A stretch of 28,430 nucleotides of DNA from a virus (IMGVR_UViG_3300008120_000224:1-28430), one strand, 5' to 3'; positions 5,548 to 15,871 are shown, counted from the stretch's first letter. The notes: generated by a model from the sequence alone, not told the origin. Numbers and translations are program-made.

Positions 5548-5952
5548 ATGGCAATGAAGAACGTATCAGGCGGTAAGGGCAGCCCAGGAATTGCAGGCGG
5601 TACATATACACGCCCTGCTGCAAAGGTTGCTAAAGTTGCAAGCAAAGTAGCAGGTAAAGCAATGTCTGCTGTTGCAAAAAAGAAATCAGCAAAAGAAGTT
5701 GCCAACACTAAAAAAGCAGTTCGTTATGTTGTAGAAAAAGTACAACCTAAAACTATTGCTGAGAATAGTGTAAAGGTACGCAGAGGTAATCCTTCTGAAG
5801 CCAAAAGAATGAATGAGTTTAGCAACAAAAGAACACAAGATATTGCAACTGGTAAAAGAGCAAAGATGGAAGAGTCTTCAGTAAAGAATATGAAGCCAGC
5901 TAAGGTTGTAAAAATCAATTCAGGAACAACAAAGTCTTCAACTAAAAAGTAA
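5548..5952 (+). CDS. Lys-rich basic protein (134 aa)
   Basis: AAKVAKVASKVAGK histone-H1-like composition; follows the previous stop by 1 nt. Confidence 0.85.
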   Translation: MAMKNVSGGKGSPGIAGGTYTRPAAKVAKVASKVAGKAMSAVAKKKSAKEVANTKKAVRYVVEKVQPKTIAENSVKVRRGNPSEAKRMNEFSNKRTQDIATGKRAKMEESSVKNMKPAKVVKINSGTTKSSTKK

Positions 5953-5965
5953 GTAAGGAACCCCA

Positions 5966-7714
5966 GTGCTAACACCAAAAGAAGTTAACGCGAAGTTAGG
6001 TCGCTTGCAGACCAAGTTTGCAGCCCGCGACCAGCGTATGCGTGACGTCCTTTCGGTGCGTCAAGGAGATCTATCAAAGGTCTACCCTTCGATGTTCTCA
6101 GAGGATTACCCTAAGCCACTCGTAGCAAACTTTATTGACGTTGCTGCCCGTGACTTAGCAGAAGCAATGGCTCCACTTCCATCATTTAACTGCTCTGCGT
6201 CCAATATGGTTTCCGATACAGCCCGTCGCGCTGCTGATACTAGAACTCGTATTGCTAACTTCTATGTCGGCGTATCAGAGTTACAGCTTCAGATGTATGA
6301 AGGTGCCGACTGGTACAACACATACGGAATGATGATTGGTATGGTCGAGATGGACTACGACTCTAACAATCCACGTATGCGCCTGCTCAACCCTTGGGGT
6401 TGCTACCCAGAGATGGACCGCTTTGGCCGCGTAGTCTCTTTGACTCAGGTTCTCAATACTGACACAGAAACTCTTGCATCCCAGTACCCAGAGTTTGCAG
6501 AACAGATTTACAAGAAAAATAACTATCAGCCTGGTAACCCATACATCACTATGGTCCGTTACCACGACGCTGAGCAAGACCTTATCTTCCTACCTGAACG
6601 TCAAAACCTAACTCTTGTACGTACACCAAACCCAGTTGGCAAGTGTCTTGTACACGTTGCTATGCGCCCATCTCTTGATGGTCAAGCACGCGGTCAGTTT
6701 GATGATGTACTAGCAGTACAGCTCGCACGTGCTCGCTTTGCAATCCTACAGATTCAGGCAGCTGAAAAGTCTATCCAAGCACCTATTGCTATCCCACAGG
6801 ATGTGCAGGAACTTGCTCTTGGTCCAGACTCCATTATGCGTTCATCTCAGCCACAGAACATTCGTCGTGTTGGACTAGAACTTCCACCAGGAGTATTTAC
6901 AGAGTCGGGAGTACTAGAACGTGAACTACGGCTTGGCGCTCGTTACCCTGAATCACGATCCGGAAACCTCAACGCGAGTGTTATTACTGGTCGTGGAGTA
7001 CAGGAACTGCAGGCTGGCTTTGATACTCAGATTAAATCCGCACAAGCGCAATTCGCCAGAATGTTTGGCGATCTTATTGGGCTATGCTTTGAAGTAGACG
7101 AAAAGTTATTCTCAAACGTACAGAAGACTATTAAGGGTTCTGAAGATGGAACACCGTATGTCTTGAAGTACACACCTTCTCGTGACATTCGTGGCGAGTA
7201 CGGAGTAGAAGTACGCTACGGAATTATGTCCGGTATGGACCCATCACGTGCAATCATTGCACTTCTTCAGATGCGTTCAGACAAGTTGGTTTCACGCGAC
7301 TATGTACGTCGTGAGATTCCAATGGACCTTAACGTCACACAGGAGGAACAGCGTGTTGATATTGAAGAGATGCGCGATGCTCTTCGCGTTTCTGTTGCCC
7401 AGTACGCACAAGCGATACCGGCTCTTGCGGCGCAGGGGCAAGACCCTTCTCAGATTGTCTCTCGTATCGCAGAGGTTATCAAAGGTCGCCAAAAAGGATT
7501 AGCACTAGAATCAATCGTGGAGAAGGTATTTACACCTGAACCACAGCCAGAAATGGCAACGCCACCAATGGGTGGCCCAGAACTTCCAGCAGCAGGCGCG
7601 GCCCCCGCTCCTGCCTCGCAGCAACCTCCACAAGAACAAGCTGGTCAGGCCCCTGCTGCTGGTCAAAAACCCGATATAGCGACACTACTAGCCGGTATCA
7701 CCGGCGCAGCGTAA
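5966..7714 (+). CDS. Portal protein
   Basis: 582 aa, downstream of terL; helical C-half; Pro/Gln/Ala-rich tail typical of podovirus-type portals. Confidence 0.85.
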   Translation: MLTPKEVNAKLGRLQTKFAARDQRMRDVLSVRQGDLSKVYPSMFSEDYPKPLVANFIDVAARDLAEAMAPLPSFNCSASNMVSDTARRAADTRTRIANFYVGVSELQLQMYEGADWYNTYGMMIGMVEMDYDSNNPRMRLLNPWGCYPEMDRFGRVVSLTQVLNTDTETLASQYPEFAEQIYKKNNYQPGNPYITMVRYHDAEQDLIFLPERQNLTLVRTPNPVGKCLVHVAMRPSLDGQARGQFDDVLAVQLARARFAILQIQAAEKSIQAPIAIPQDVQELALGPDSIMRSSQPQNIRRVGLELPPGVFTESGVLERELRLGARYPESRSGNLNASVITGRGVQELQAGFDTQIKSAQAQFARMFGDLIGLCFEVDEKLFSNVQKTIKGSEDGTPYVLKYTPSRDIRGEYGVEVRYGIMSGMDPSRAIIALLQMRSDKLVSRDYVRREIPMDLNVTQEEQRVDIEEMRDALRVSVAQYAQAIPALAAQGQDPSQIVSRIAEVIKGRQKGLALESIVEKVFTPEPQPEMATPPMGGPELPAAGAAPAPASQQPPQEQAGQAPAAGQKPDIATLLAGITGAA

Positions 7715-7731
7715 CCGAAGGAGGTGCAAAT

Positions 7732-7860
7732 ATGAACAAGGGATCACACGCTCCAGCTCCAGTACAGCCAGTTAAGGTTGATACAAAGGCAGGATCAGTT
7801 AAAGGCGGCAAAGTTGAATTCGGTTATGCCGGACCAGCTCGCAAAGGCAAGAAGGCTTAA
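7732..7860 (+). CDS. Small basic protein (42 aa)
   Basis: MNKGSHAPAPVQPVKVDTKAGSVKGGKVEFGYAGPARKGKKA; perfect SD AAGGAGGT; not in ORF track. Confidence 0.85.
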   Translation: MNKGSHAPAPVQPVKVDTKAGSVKGGKVEFGYAGPARKGKKA

Positions 7861-7880
7861 TAAGTAGAAAGGCGTGCGGG

Positions 7881-8093
7881 ATGATGGAAGACAATAAAGT
7901 ACGTCCTCCCGTACGCTCTTCTCACTTTATAGTGTTGTTTGCAGAATTCGCATATAACCTAGCAAGTTCAGTAGCAACTTTTTTTGAATCAATATTAGAA
8001 TTAAGCATCTATAATTACAACCGCAAGAGCGAAGAGTCTCAGGCGTGGGAACAGATGACACAAGACCTAGAGACTTTAGAGGAGGACAGATGA
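7881..8093 (+). CDS. Hypothetical protein (70 aa)
   Basis: AGAAAGG RBS; hydrophobic/amphipathic middle and acidic tail; ATGA overlap with next gene. Confidence 0.7.
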   Translation: MMEDNKVRPPVRSSHFIVLFAEFAYNLASSVATFFESILELSIYNYNRKSEESQAWEQMTQDLETLEEDR

Positions 8094-8512
8094 CAACAGC
8101 GCCAATGAATCCATTAGCGGGTCCTTCCGGTCCAGGCAAGTTTTCAACTCGTACCGATAAACTCGATATGGGTTCAACCTCATACGGAGAAGGTCAAGAA
8201 ACTGCGGCTATTAAGTCCGGTGCTACTCTTGCTACTACTCCTGATGTAAAGGGAACGCCAGCATCTGCTGTGCGTCAAGCAGCGCTTACTCCGCTATATG
8301 CTCCAACAGAGCGCCCAGATGTACCTGTTACAGAAGGTATTGATATGGGGCCAGGTGCAGGATCAGAAGCACTTGCTATGCGTAAGGAAGACGACACTAA
8401 TTTTAGAGCAGCTATTGCTGATTACAAGCCAGTATTAAATTTTATTGCAGACCAGCCAAATACCTCACCAGAAACACGTGCAGCTATTAGGCAGTTATGG
8501 GATAATCTGTGA
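8090..8512 (+). CDS. Hypothetical virion-associated protein (140 aa)
   Basis: Start moved to ATG 8090 (GAGGAGG RBS); motifs SGPGKFSTRTD and PTERPDVPVTEG. Confidence 0.8.
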   Translation: MTTAPMNPLAGPSGPGKFSTRTDKLDMGSTSYGEGQETAAIKSGATLATTPDVKGTPASAVRQAALTPLYAPTERPDVPVTEGIDMGPGAGSEALAMRKEDDTNFRAAIADYKPVLNFIADQPNTSPETRAAIRQLWDNL

Positions 8513-11500
8513 GTATATGGAACAGAATTGGTGATGTAGCAACTACTGCAGTAAAGAACACTGCTAAATTTGGCGGTGAAATTCTTGAAGCAACAGGAAG
8601 TGCTGCACGTTTTGCTTGGGATGTAGGAACTGCGCCTTGGAATGGTGCAGAAGAATACAACGGTTTTATTCAACCATTTAAAACTGCTGCAGAAAAAGAA
8701 GGCAAAGATATTATCAAGCCTTTAGCATCTGCTGCAGGCGCTATTATGAAGGTACCTGGCGTACAGCCAGCACTTGAGCGTATTGGTTATATCAACCAAG
8801 AGTACATTCGTGAGCCACTTACTACTGTTGCACTAGCAGTTGGTGAGATTAACAAGCGCGGTGTTACCGGTGAAGGTCCACTTATTGCTGAACTTGGCTA
8901 CTTTGACCCTAACTTATGGCGTAAAGCCTATAAAGGCGCTCAAGAAATTTCATTTGGTCAGGCAGTAGTGGGCGCAGGGCGCTCAGTGTATGACCCAAAG
9001 TTTAATATCTACGATCCAGCACAGCGTGATGCAGCATTTAAGAAGAGTGCTTGGGGCAAAGCCTCATCAGGTGGCGTTGATTTACTAGCACAGTTCTTTG
9101 GTGATGTAACTCTTGCTGGTGGTAAGGTTGCAAAGGTAGCAAAGGCCAGCGAATTAGGCGTGGGACTACTTAAAAATTCAGATGTTGTAGCAAAGGCAGC
9201 TGAAGATATTACTAAGGCTCAGTTTGGCGTTAATAATCGCTTCAGTAAAGTACTAGATGACTTTACTAAGAATGATTCCTTGTACGCTTTAAACCATCCA
9301 ATGGTTAAGTCTTCTTCACAGCCAGGACTATTAGCGCATTTACTAGGTGATTCTGTAGACCGCGATGAAACAGCAATGATTCTACGTTCTGCACTAGGTG
9401 ATCCTGCAGCAATGGATGAACTTCGTTTGCAGCGTGCATATATTACAGACGCATTAGAGGCTGCTCGCGGAGATTTATCCGCAGTAGATGAATTTAAGTT
9501 ATTTGCTGCCCCAGACGGTAGTGGAATGCTACCTTTCTTAAACGATAATCCTACTATTATTAAACAAGCGCAGGATAACTACTCATCTTTAATTGCATCT
9601 GATAAGTATTTTGCTAAGTTAATGCAGGTTGGTGAAGGCGGTGGTTCACTTACACGCACAACTGGTAAGGGACTACAGCAGGCAGAAGATTTCGTAGCAA
9701 CAGCTCGTGCTATTAAGTTCTACGACCAAACAGTAGGCGCAGCTAAACTTGAAGTTTACCAGCCAACTCCATTTCACCGTTTATATCAGAAAATCTCTTG
9801 GAGCCAAGGGGAACGTCCAGCAGGACTTGTAGACTTTAATGACCCAGATTCATATAGAGAAGTCGTTGCAACACTTGAGCGCTTGCGCCCAACATCTGCT
9901 ATTAAAGGAACACCATCTACTGTAAAAAGAGTTGGACTTTTTACCGATGAACAGGCAAACGGTCTTCTTAATAGCTATATTGCTGCAGCAACTCCTGAGC
10001 AAAGATTTATTGCTACCCAAAATATTGAAGAGACTGCAGTAAGAGCGTTAGCTGCCAAGTATAAGATTACAGAAGAAGCAATCAACGACATCTATAACGA
10101 TTACAAAGGTGCTCGTACATCCGCTTTGAAGTCAATCCAAGATCGTGGATTTATGGTTGATACTGACGGTGGGATTATCAAGGTACAGCAACTTGAATCA
10201 CAGAGCGCTGACTTCCTGCCTTTGATGGACTTTGACCTATTAGACAAGGTGCTCAAGCGTAACGCAAATACAATTAACGCTACCCTTGGTCGCGCTTCAG
10301 GCAGAATATTTAACGCAGCAGACGTAGTACAGGACTTGTTTAAGGCTGGAGCTTTGCTTCGCCTTGGCTATACACAGCGTAACGCTATTGATTCACAGCT
10401 TCGTATCGCTGCATCCGTTGGTGCTATGGCATCTCTTCGTCACCTAGGTCCTGGTATCAAGAACATTGTTAATAATTCAGTACGAGTTCCAGCAAGATTG
10501 GTTGATAAGTACAGCCCTCTTGGAACCACTGCAACACTTGAGAAAGTTCAGAAAGCAAGCGTTGGAGTTATTCGTGAACTTGATGAATTAAAGACCAAGA
10601 TTGGTGCAGCAGAAGCCAAGTTGTCTCTTGACCCAGAAGATGTAGATTTACTAGGTGAAGTAAACACACTTAAACTTCTTCAAGAAGAAAAACTTGCTGT
10701 GTATAACAGTTACGCAGAGGCTCTTAATAAGTCTAAAAAGGCACAGCCAAAAGACCGTATCGGTACTGGTACATTTGAAATAACAACATCTGATGGTCAG
10801 GTCTATGAAATAGACGATGCCTTTGGTGGGCCACTAGGTGATATGTTCCGTAAGATTGCCTCATCTGGTAACTCATTTGAACGTATGGTCGATAGCAATA
10901 CTGATATGTACGCACGTAACCTAGCATCAAAGGGTATCGGTGCTGTTCGCCCTACAGATCCTGCTTACTTTGAACAGTGGGCACAGACACTACGTCAGCA
11001 GTTTGGTAACTCTGCTGTAGTAAAGAAACTCGTTAATGGCGAGACTATTGATGATATCGCTAAGTGGCTAAAGACTTCTCCAGAAGGACGTGACCTACGT
11101 AATCGTCTTTCAATACCTTCAGATGAAGCAGTTGAGTACGTTACAAGAATCAGCAACTTCTTTGATACATACTTACCGGTTTCCTCAAACTTGCGTAGCA
11201 AGTTAAGCGATATAACCGCAGAGGATTTGCGCGGTACATTTAAAGACCCAACTGACCTACCTATCATTCACGGACATCTACTTGAAGAGACATTCTTTAA
11301 CAAGTCAGATAACGTAGTAAAGAAGTTTATTAACGGTGCGTTTAAGTTACTTGCAACTTTGCCAGAAGACACATTGGCACGCAACCCATTATACGTACAT
11401 TTCTACCGCGAGGAAGCACGTCGTCGCGTAGATATTGTTGCAGGACTTAAGGGAGATAGAATATCATTTGAGGACCAGCAGAAGATTATGGCTGCAGCTC

Positions 11501-13176
11501 AAAAGTCTGCTCTTCGTGAGATGAAGAAGGTGCTCTTTAATATTGAGCGCAAGAGTAATCTTGCTATGGTTATGAAATACATTAACCCATTCTTCTCAGC
11601 ACAGGAAAACTCTTACAAGACTTGGATGAAGTTTGCAGTAGCAAACCCTGCCATTGTTAATCGTGGTTATATGGTTTGGCAGGCTCCAAATGAAGCTGGC
11701 CTTGTCACAGATCAAGACGGCAATATTGTCCCACCTGGACAAACTTCAGGTAATGACACTATGTGGTTTAGCCTTCCAAAGGGATTAACACAAGCAGTCC
11801 CTGGATTAAAGTCACTTACTGAAATTGGAATTCCTAAAGCATCACTAGATATTATTTTCCAGGGTGGAATGGATGCCTTGTACAACAAGGGTAATCCAAA
11901 TGTATTTAGCGATATATTCCCAACCGGTCCATACGTAGCAATCCCAGTTGCTGAGATTACAAAGAATCAACCTGATACAAGAGAAACTCTTAAGTGGTTG
12001 TTCCCATACGGATATCCAAAGGATGCAGCATCTGGCTTATTGCCAGCTTGGGTACAAAGATTCCAGACACGTGCAGCAGGTCAAGATGACCCACAGTTTG
12101 CTCGTACTTATCAACTTATCTGGAACACAGAACAAATGCGTGCAAAGCGCAATGGACGTGACCCAGTAAGCCCAGAGAAAGTCCTTAGAATGACAAAGGA
12201 CTACTGGAATATGCGTGTTGCTGCAAACCTTATTATGCCGTTTGCCCCACGTTTTGATACTCCTTACAAGTACTACCTCGATAAGACACGTGAGTACAGA
12301 CGTGTATACGGAATCAATGCAGACGCTAAGTTCCTAGAAGACTATCCAGAGTTCTTCTCATTTACATCTAGCCTTTCAAAGAATCCAACTGGTGTTCAAT
12401 CATCAGTTGCTGCTACAAAAAACATTAAAAAGTATGACAAACTTATTGGCGAAGTAGTTGATATTGACCCTAAGTTAGTTGGTTTAATTGTTAACGATCC
12501 TTCCGGATACGAGTTCTCACAATCTGCATACGACTATCTTTACAAGAAGCGTGTGTCAGCAGATGCCCCTGATAGATTCCTTTCATCACAAAGCCCTGCT
12601 GAAGCACAGAAGAAGACTGATGCAGAAAAGGGTTGGATTCAGTACAACAAGTTTGCTGATGCGCTAGACACAGAACTTGCTGCTCGTGGACTAACATCCA
12701 TTCAGCAAACAGGTGCGGAAGACTTGGCTATTATCAAGGCTGCATTTATCAATAAACTTGCAGTACAGACTGACGTTGATGGAAAGCCTATGTTTGATAA
12801 GAAGTCTGGCGAGTATGTACGCACAGCTTGGTATGACGATTACCTTGACTCAGACGGGTCAAAGACTAACCGAGTCATAGCAGGTTTAAGCAAGATTCTT
12901 ACTGATCCAGATTTTATCAAGAACAATAAAAATAATACAACTTGGAAGTCAGTTGACAGATATCTTGAGTTTAGAAAAGTTATCGCAAAAGAACTTCTTA
13001 CTAGAGAAGCAAAGTCAATCGAAGCAAAGTCCAATGCTGATTTAAGAATCATATTTGATGGCTTTATCAATAAGTTAAAGCGTGACGATAAATTAGGTTT
13101 TGCTTATATCCACGATAGATTCTTGTCACAAGACCTAGTAGTAGATAAGCAGCTTACACCAAAGGAAGTTAAATAA
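8509..13176 (+). CDS. Large putative internal virion / DNA ejection protein (1555 aa)
   Basis: Very long, helical A/K/D-rich ORF in the head module with no tape-measure-type repeats; function inferred from size and position. Confidence 0.6.
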   Translation: MSIWNRIGDVATTAVKNTAKFGGEILEATGSAARFAWDVGTAPWNGAEEYNGFIQPFKTAAEKEGKDIIKPLASAAGAIMKVPGVQPALERIGYINQEYIREPLTTVALAVGEINKRGVTGEGPLIAELGYFDPNLWRKAYKGAQEISFGQAVVGAGRSVYDPKFNIYDPAQRDAAFKKSAWGKASSGGVDLLAQFFGDVTLAGGKVAKVAKASELGVGLLKNSDVVAKAAEDITKAQFGVNNRFSKVLDDFTKNDSLYALNHPMVKSSSQPGLLAHLLGDSVDRDETAMILRSALGDPAAMDELRLQRAYITDALEAARGDLSAVDEFKLFAAPDGSGMLPFLNDNPTIIKQAQDNYSSLIASDKYFAKLMQVGEGGGSLTRTTGKGLQQAEDFVATARAIKFYDQTVGAAKLEVYQPTPFHRLYQKISWSQGERPAGLVDFNDPDSYREVVATLERLRPTSAIKGTPSTVKRVGLFTDEQANGLLNSYIAAATPEQRFIATQNIEETAVRALAAKYKITEEAINDIYNDYKGARTSALKSIQDRGFMVDTDGGIIKVQQLESQSADFLPLMDFDLLDKVLKRNANTINATLGRASGRIFNAADVVQDLFKAGALLRLGYTQRNAIDSQLRIAASVGAMASLRHLGPGIKNIVNNSVRVPARLVDKYSPLGTTATLEKVQKASVGVIRELDELKTKIGAAEAKLSLDPEDVDLLGEVNTLKLLQEEKLAVYNSYAEALNKSKKAQPKDRIGTGTFEITTSDGQVYEIDDAFGGPLGDMFRKIASSGNSFERMVDSNTDMYARNLASKGIGAVRPTDPAYFEQWAQTLRQQFGNSAVVKKLVNGETIDDIAKWLKTSPEGRDLRNRLSIPSDEAVEYVTRISNFFDTYLPVSSNLRSKLSDITAEDLRGTFKDPTDLPIIHGHLLEETFFNKSDNVVKKFINGAFKLLATLPEDTLARNPLYVHFYREEARRRVDIVAGLKGDRISFEDQQKIMAAAQKSALREMKKVLFNIERKSNLAMVMKYINPFFSAQENSYKTWMKFAVANPAIVNRGYMVWQAPNEAGLVTDQDGNIVPPGQTSGNDTMWFSLPKGLTQAVPGLKSLTEIGIPKASLDIIFQGGMDALYNKGNPNVFSDIFPTGPYVAIPVAEITKNQPDTRETLKWLFPYGYPKDAASGLLPAWVQRFQTRAAGQDDPQFARTYQLIWNTEQMRAKRNGRDPVSPEKVLRMTKDYWNMRVAANLIMPFAPRFDTPYKYYLDKTREYRRVYGINADAKFLEDYPEFFSFTSSLSKNPTGVQSSVAATKNIKKYDKLIGEVVDIDPKLVGLIVNDPSGYEFSQSAYDYLYKKRVSADAPDRFLSSQSPAEAQKKTDAEKGWIQYNKFADALDTELAARGLTSIQQTGAEDLAIIKAAFINKLAVQTDVDGKPMFDKKSGEYVRTAWYDDYLDSDGSKTNRVIAGLSKILTDPDFIKNNKNNTTWKSVDRYLEFRKVIAKELLTREAKSIEAKSNADLRIIFDGFINKLKRDDKLGFAYIHDRFLSQDLVVDKQLTPKEVK

Positions 13177-14084
13177 TGGCAGATTTTTACGATGCTCTTG
13201 TCAAAGATGGTTCCATAACACAGGAACAGGCAGACGCTGCTCGTGCTGCTAGAAATCAGGGAACTGCTGGCAAGACACCTAAGCCACCTAAGTCTGGTAC
13301 TTTCACACGTACTTATGTAAGTAATAACATACCTGCCGATACTACACTTGCAGATACAGTTAATAAGACATTCCAGAAGTACTATGGCCGTGACGCTTCT
13401 CAGACAGAGTTAACAACCTGGATACCTCAACTTAAGAACAAGTACAAGTCTAAGACAGGTGCTTCTAAGAGCACAGTCAAAGAGACTTACAAGAATGGCG
13501 TTCTAGTAGATACCTCGTATCTTACCGCCGATAATGAAGATCCTTCAATCTTTCTTGAGACTACTATTAAATCTCAGTTGGCCGCAGGAGTACAAGAACT
13601 TAATGAGCTTGCGATTCCGGAAGGTCCTTCTGGTAAGTACTTCGTAGCAGTAAAGAGACTTGCCTCTGATAACGGCATTATGCTTTCAGATTCAGCAGCT
13701 AAGTCATACGCCAATAATATTGTTGCTGGAGTTGTAGATGAGAACACAGTTTTCAATACAATTCGTGAAAGTGCTGCACAAGCCTTCCCATCTTTAGCGG
13801 ATAAGATTAAAGCAGGTCTTGACCTTAAGACACTAGCAGATCCTTATATCCAGTCTATGAGCAATATCCTTGAAATACCAGACACAGCCATTGACCTCTT
13901 TGACCCAAAGATTCGTAACGCTATGGCTTATACTCTTCCAGATGGCAAGGTTGGAACTAAGTCTATCTATGACTTTGAAAAAGAATTACGTCAAGATGAC
14001 CGTTGGCAGTACACAAATAAGGCACGGGAACAAGCAGCATCTGTTGCTACTACCGTCCTCCGAGACTTCGGATTTATGGGGTAA
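13176..14084 (+). CDS. Putative internal virion protein (302 aa)
   Basis: TAATG-coupled to the 1555-aa gene; function inferred from context. Confidence 0.55.
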   Translation: MADFYDALVKDGSITQEQADAARAARNQGTAGKTPKPPKSGTFTRTYVSNNIPADTTLADTVNKTFQKYYGRDASQTELTTWIPQLKNKYKSKTGASKSTVKETYKNGVLVDTSYLTADNEDPSIFLETTIKSQLAAGVQELNELAIPEGPSGKYFVAVKRLASDNGIMLSDSAAKSYANNIVAGVVDENTVFNTIRESAAQAFPSLADKIKAGLDLKTLADPYIQSMSNILEIPDTAIDLFDPKIRNAMAYTLPDGKVGTKSIYDFEKELRQDDRWQYTNKAREQAASVATTVLRDFGFMG

Positions 14085-14086
14085 CA

Positions 14087-15268
14087 ATGGCTAAGAAAAA
14101 ATTAGAACCAACAGTTACTATTGGTGGAGCACCGGCTGGATATAAGCCTGCTACAACACTTCAACCAACTGTAACTATTGGCGGTGCGCCTGCAAGTTAT
14201 CAACCTACAGCAACACCTAATTACATTACCGGAGAGAACGTTCCTGGGGTAAAGACAACACCTAAAGTTACTGAAGAAACTAAAGCTACAAAGGAAACAA
14301 TATCGGCTACTCCAGTAATTCCTAATTCTGGTCTTAACGCCGATGAAGTTCAGACTCTTATAAAGAGTTATACTTCTGATGTACTTAATAGAATGAGCCA
14401 AGAGGAAAAGACTGCAGAGCGCCTTAGCGCTTACAACATCCTTCGTATGGAGTTTGAGCAGTATGGCTTAGGGTCTTTAGTTACAGACATCAAGAATCTA
14501 CTTATTAACGATACTCCAGTATCTGAGTTTGGTCTACGCTTGCGTGGAACTGATGCTTACAAGGATCGCTTTAAGGCTAACGAAGCACGCATTGCTGCGG
14601 GTCTTTCAGCCCTTAGCCCTGCTGAGTATGTAGCACTAGAGGACCAGTACCAGAATGTTATGCGTAACTATGGACTTCCTGCTACCTATTACACAAAGGA
14701 TAAGACAGGCAAGCAAGCTGGATTCGAGAAGTTTATTGCTGGAGATGTATCTGCTACAGAGTTAGAAGACAGAATCTCTACAGCACAGAAGCGCGTTATT
14801 AACGCCAACCCAGAGGTATCTAGTGCTCTTAAGGCATTCTACCCAGACATTAACAATGGCGATATCTTGGCTTACGCACTAGATCCATCACAGGGTCTTG
14901 AAGGAATTAAGCGCAAGGTAACAGCTGCTGAAATCGGTGGCGCTGCTATGGCACAGAACTTGTCAACAACAGCAGCACGTGCAATGGAACTTGCTGGTTA
15001 TGGAGTTACTAAGGAACAAGCACAACAGGGCTATCAGACAGTAGCCGGTGTTGCCCCACGTGGAGCACAACTTGCTGAGATTTATGGTCAGTCACCATAC
15101 GGACAGACAGAAGCAGAACAAGAAGTATTTGGTCTTGCGGGTTCTGAGGCAGCATCTGCTCGCCGTAAGAAACTAACAGGACTTGAAAAGGCTGCATTCT
15201 CTGGTACTACCGGAGCAGCAGCAGGAGCACTTGGCCGAGAAAGAGCAATGGGCCAAGGCCAAATATAA
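14087..15268 (+). CDS. Putative internal virion protein (393 aa)
   Basis: Pro/Thr-rich N-terminus with a 19-aa tandem repeat; Ala/Gln/Glu-rich helical C-half. Confidence 0.55.
   Translation: MAKKKLEPTVTIGGAPAGYKPATTLQPTVTIGGAPASYQPTATPNYITGENVPGVKTTPKVTEETKATKETISATPVIPNSGLNADEVQTLIKSYTSDVLNRMSQEEKTAERLSAYNILRMEFEQYGLGSLVTDIKNLLINDTPVSEFGLRLRGTDAYKDRFKANEARIAAGLSALSPAEYVALEDQYQNVMRNYGLPATYYTKDKTGKQAGFEKFIAGDVSATELEDRISTAQKRVINANPEVSSALKAFYPDINNGDILAYALDPSQGLEGIKRKVTAAEIGGAAMAQNLSTTAARAMELAGYGVTKEQAQQGYQTVAGVAPRGAQLAEIYGQSPYGQTEAEQEVFGLAGSEAASARRKKLTGLEKAAFSGTTGAAAGALGRERAMGQGQI
14102..14215 (+). repeat. 57-bp (19-aa) tandem duplication
   Basis: LEPTVTIGGAPAGYKPATT / LQPTVTIGGAPASYQPTAT. Confidence 0.85.
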
Positions 15269-15277
15269 ATAGACCTG

Positions 15278-15390
15278 CCTTGGACCTACCGGCCCCAAGG
15301 AGTGTTTTAAGACCGGTAGTTAGAGCCATACCGTTTCCCCAGACGAATATGAGGCTAACGACAATTCAACTAACGAATAGGGAGAAGGAC
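15278..15390 (+). ncRNA. Candidate cis-regulatory RNA (H-type pseudoknot plus hairpin) in the scaffold/capsid leader
   Basis: CCTTGG/CCAAGG stem whose loop CTACCGG pairs with CCGGTAG (15313-15319); second hairpin 15324-15356. Confidence 0.6.
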
Positions 15391-15394
15391 CACT

Positions 15395-15871
15395 ATGTCC
15401 AATTACGACTACGAGGATGAAGACGACGACATCACCACCAATGGTGATAACCAATCGAATGACCTTGTTAAACAACTACGCAAAGCAGCTAAGCAGAAGG
15501 ACAAAGAACTTGCGGAACTCCGCGATAAGTTTGATGGACTAAGCAAGGCTCAACGCGAGAGATCCATCAAGGATGCCCTCGAACGTCGAGGAGTAAATCA
15601 GAAGATTTCTGCATTTATTCCACAGGACATTGACCCAACTGAGGAGTCTGTGTCTAAGTGGCTTGAGGACTATGCCGATGTATTCGGTATTGACCTTGGC
15701 CAGAACCAAACTACGAATGTAGATCCAGCTGATATTGCTGCATACAAGAAGATGACTGGTACTGCTGATGCAGGACTGTCACCAGAACGAGGCGCAGACG
15801 TGATGTCCCGTCTTATGAATGCAAATAGCAAAGATGAGTTGGATGAGATTATTCGTCAGTCTGGACTTTAA
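15395..15871 (+). CDS. Capsid scaffolding protein
   Basis: Acidic N-terminus, coiled coil (LVKQLRKAAKQKDKELAELR); directly upstream of the major capsid gene. Confidence 0.8.
   Translation: MSNYDYEDEDDDITTNGDNQSNDLVKQLRKAAKQKDKELAELRDKFDGLSKAQRERSIKDALERRGVNQKISAFIPQDIDPTEESVSKWLEDYADVFGIDLGQNQTTNVDPADIAAYKKMTGTADAGLSPERGADVMSRLMNANSKDELDEIIRQSGL

Noticed and set aside
8509-13176. Tape-measure protein or virion RNA polymerase
   Set aside because: No tape-measure-type periodic repeats or adjacent tail-tube and chaperone genes, and no recognisable polymerase catalytic motifs.
15266-15320. Pseudoknot-stimulated readthrough or frameshift of the 393-aa gene into the scaffold
   Set aside because: An in-frame TAA follows at 15308-15310 and there is no slippery heptamer before the pseudoknot.
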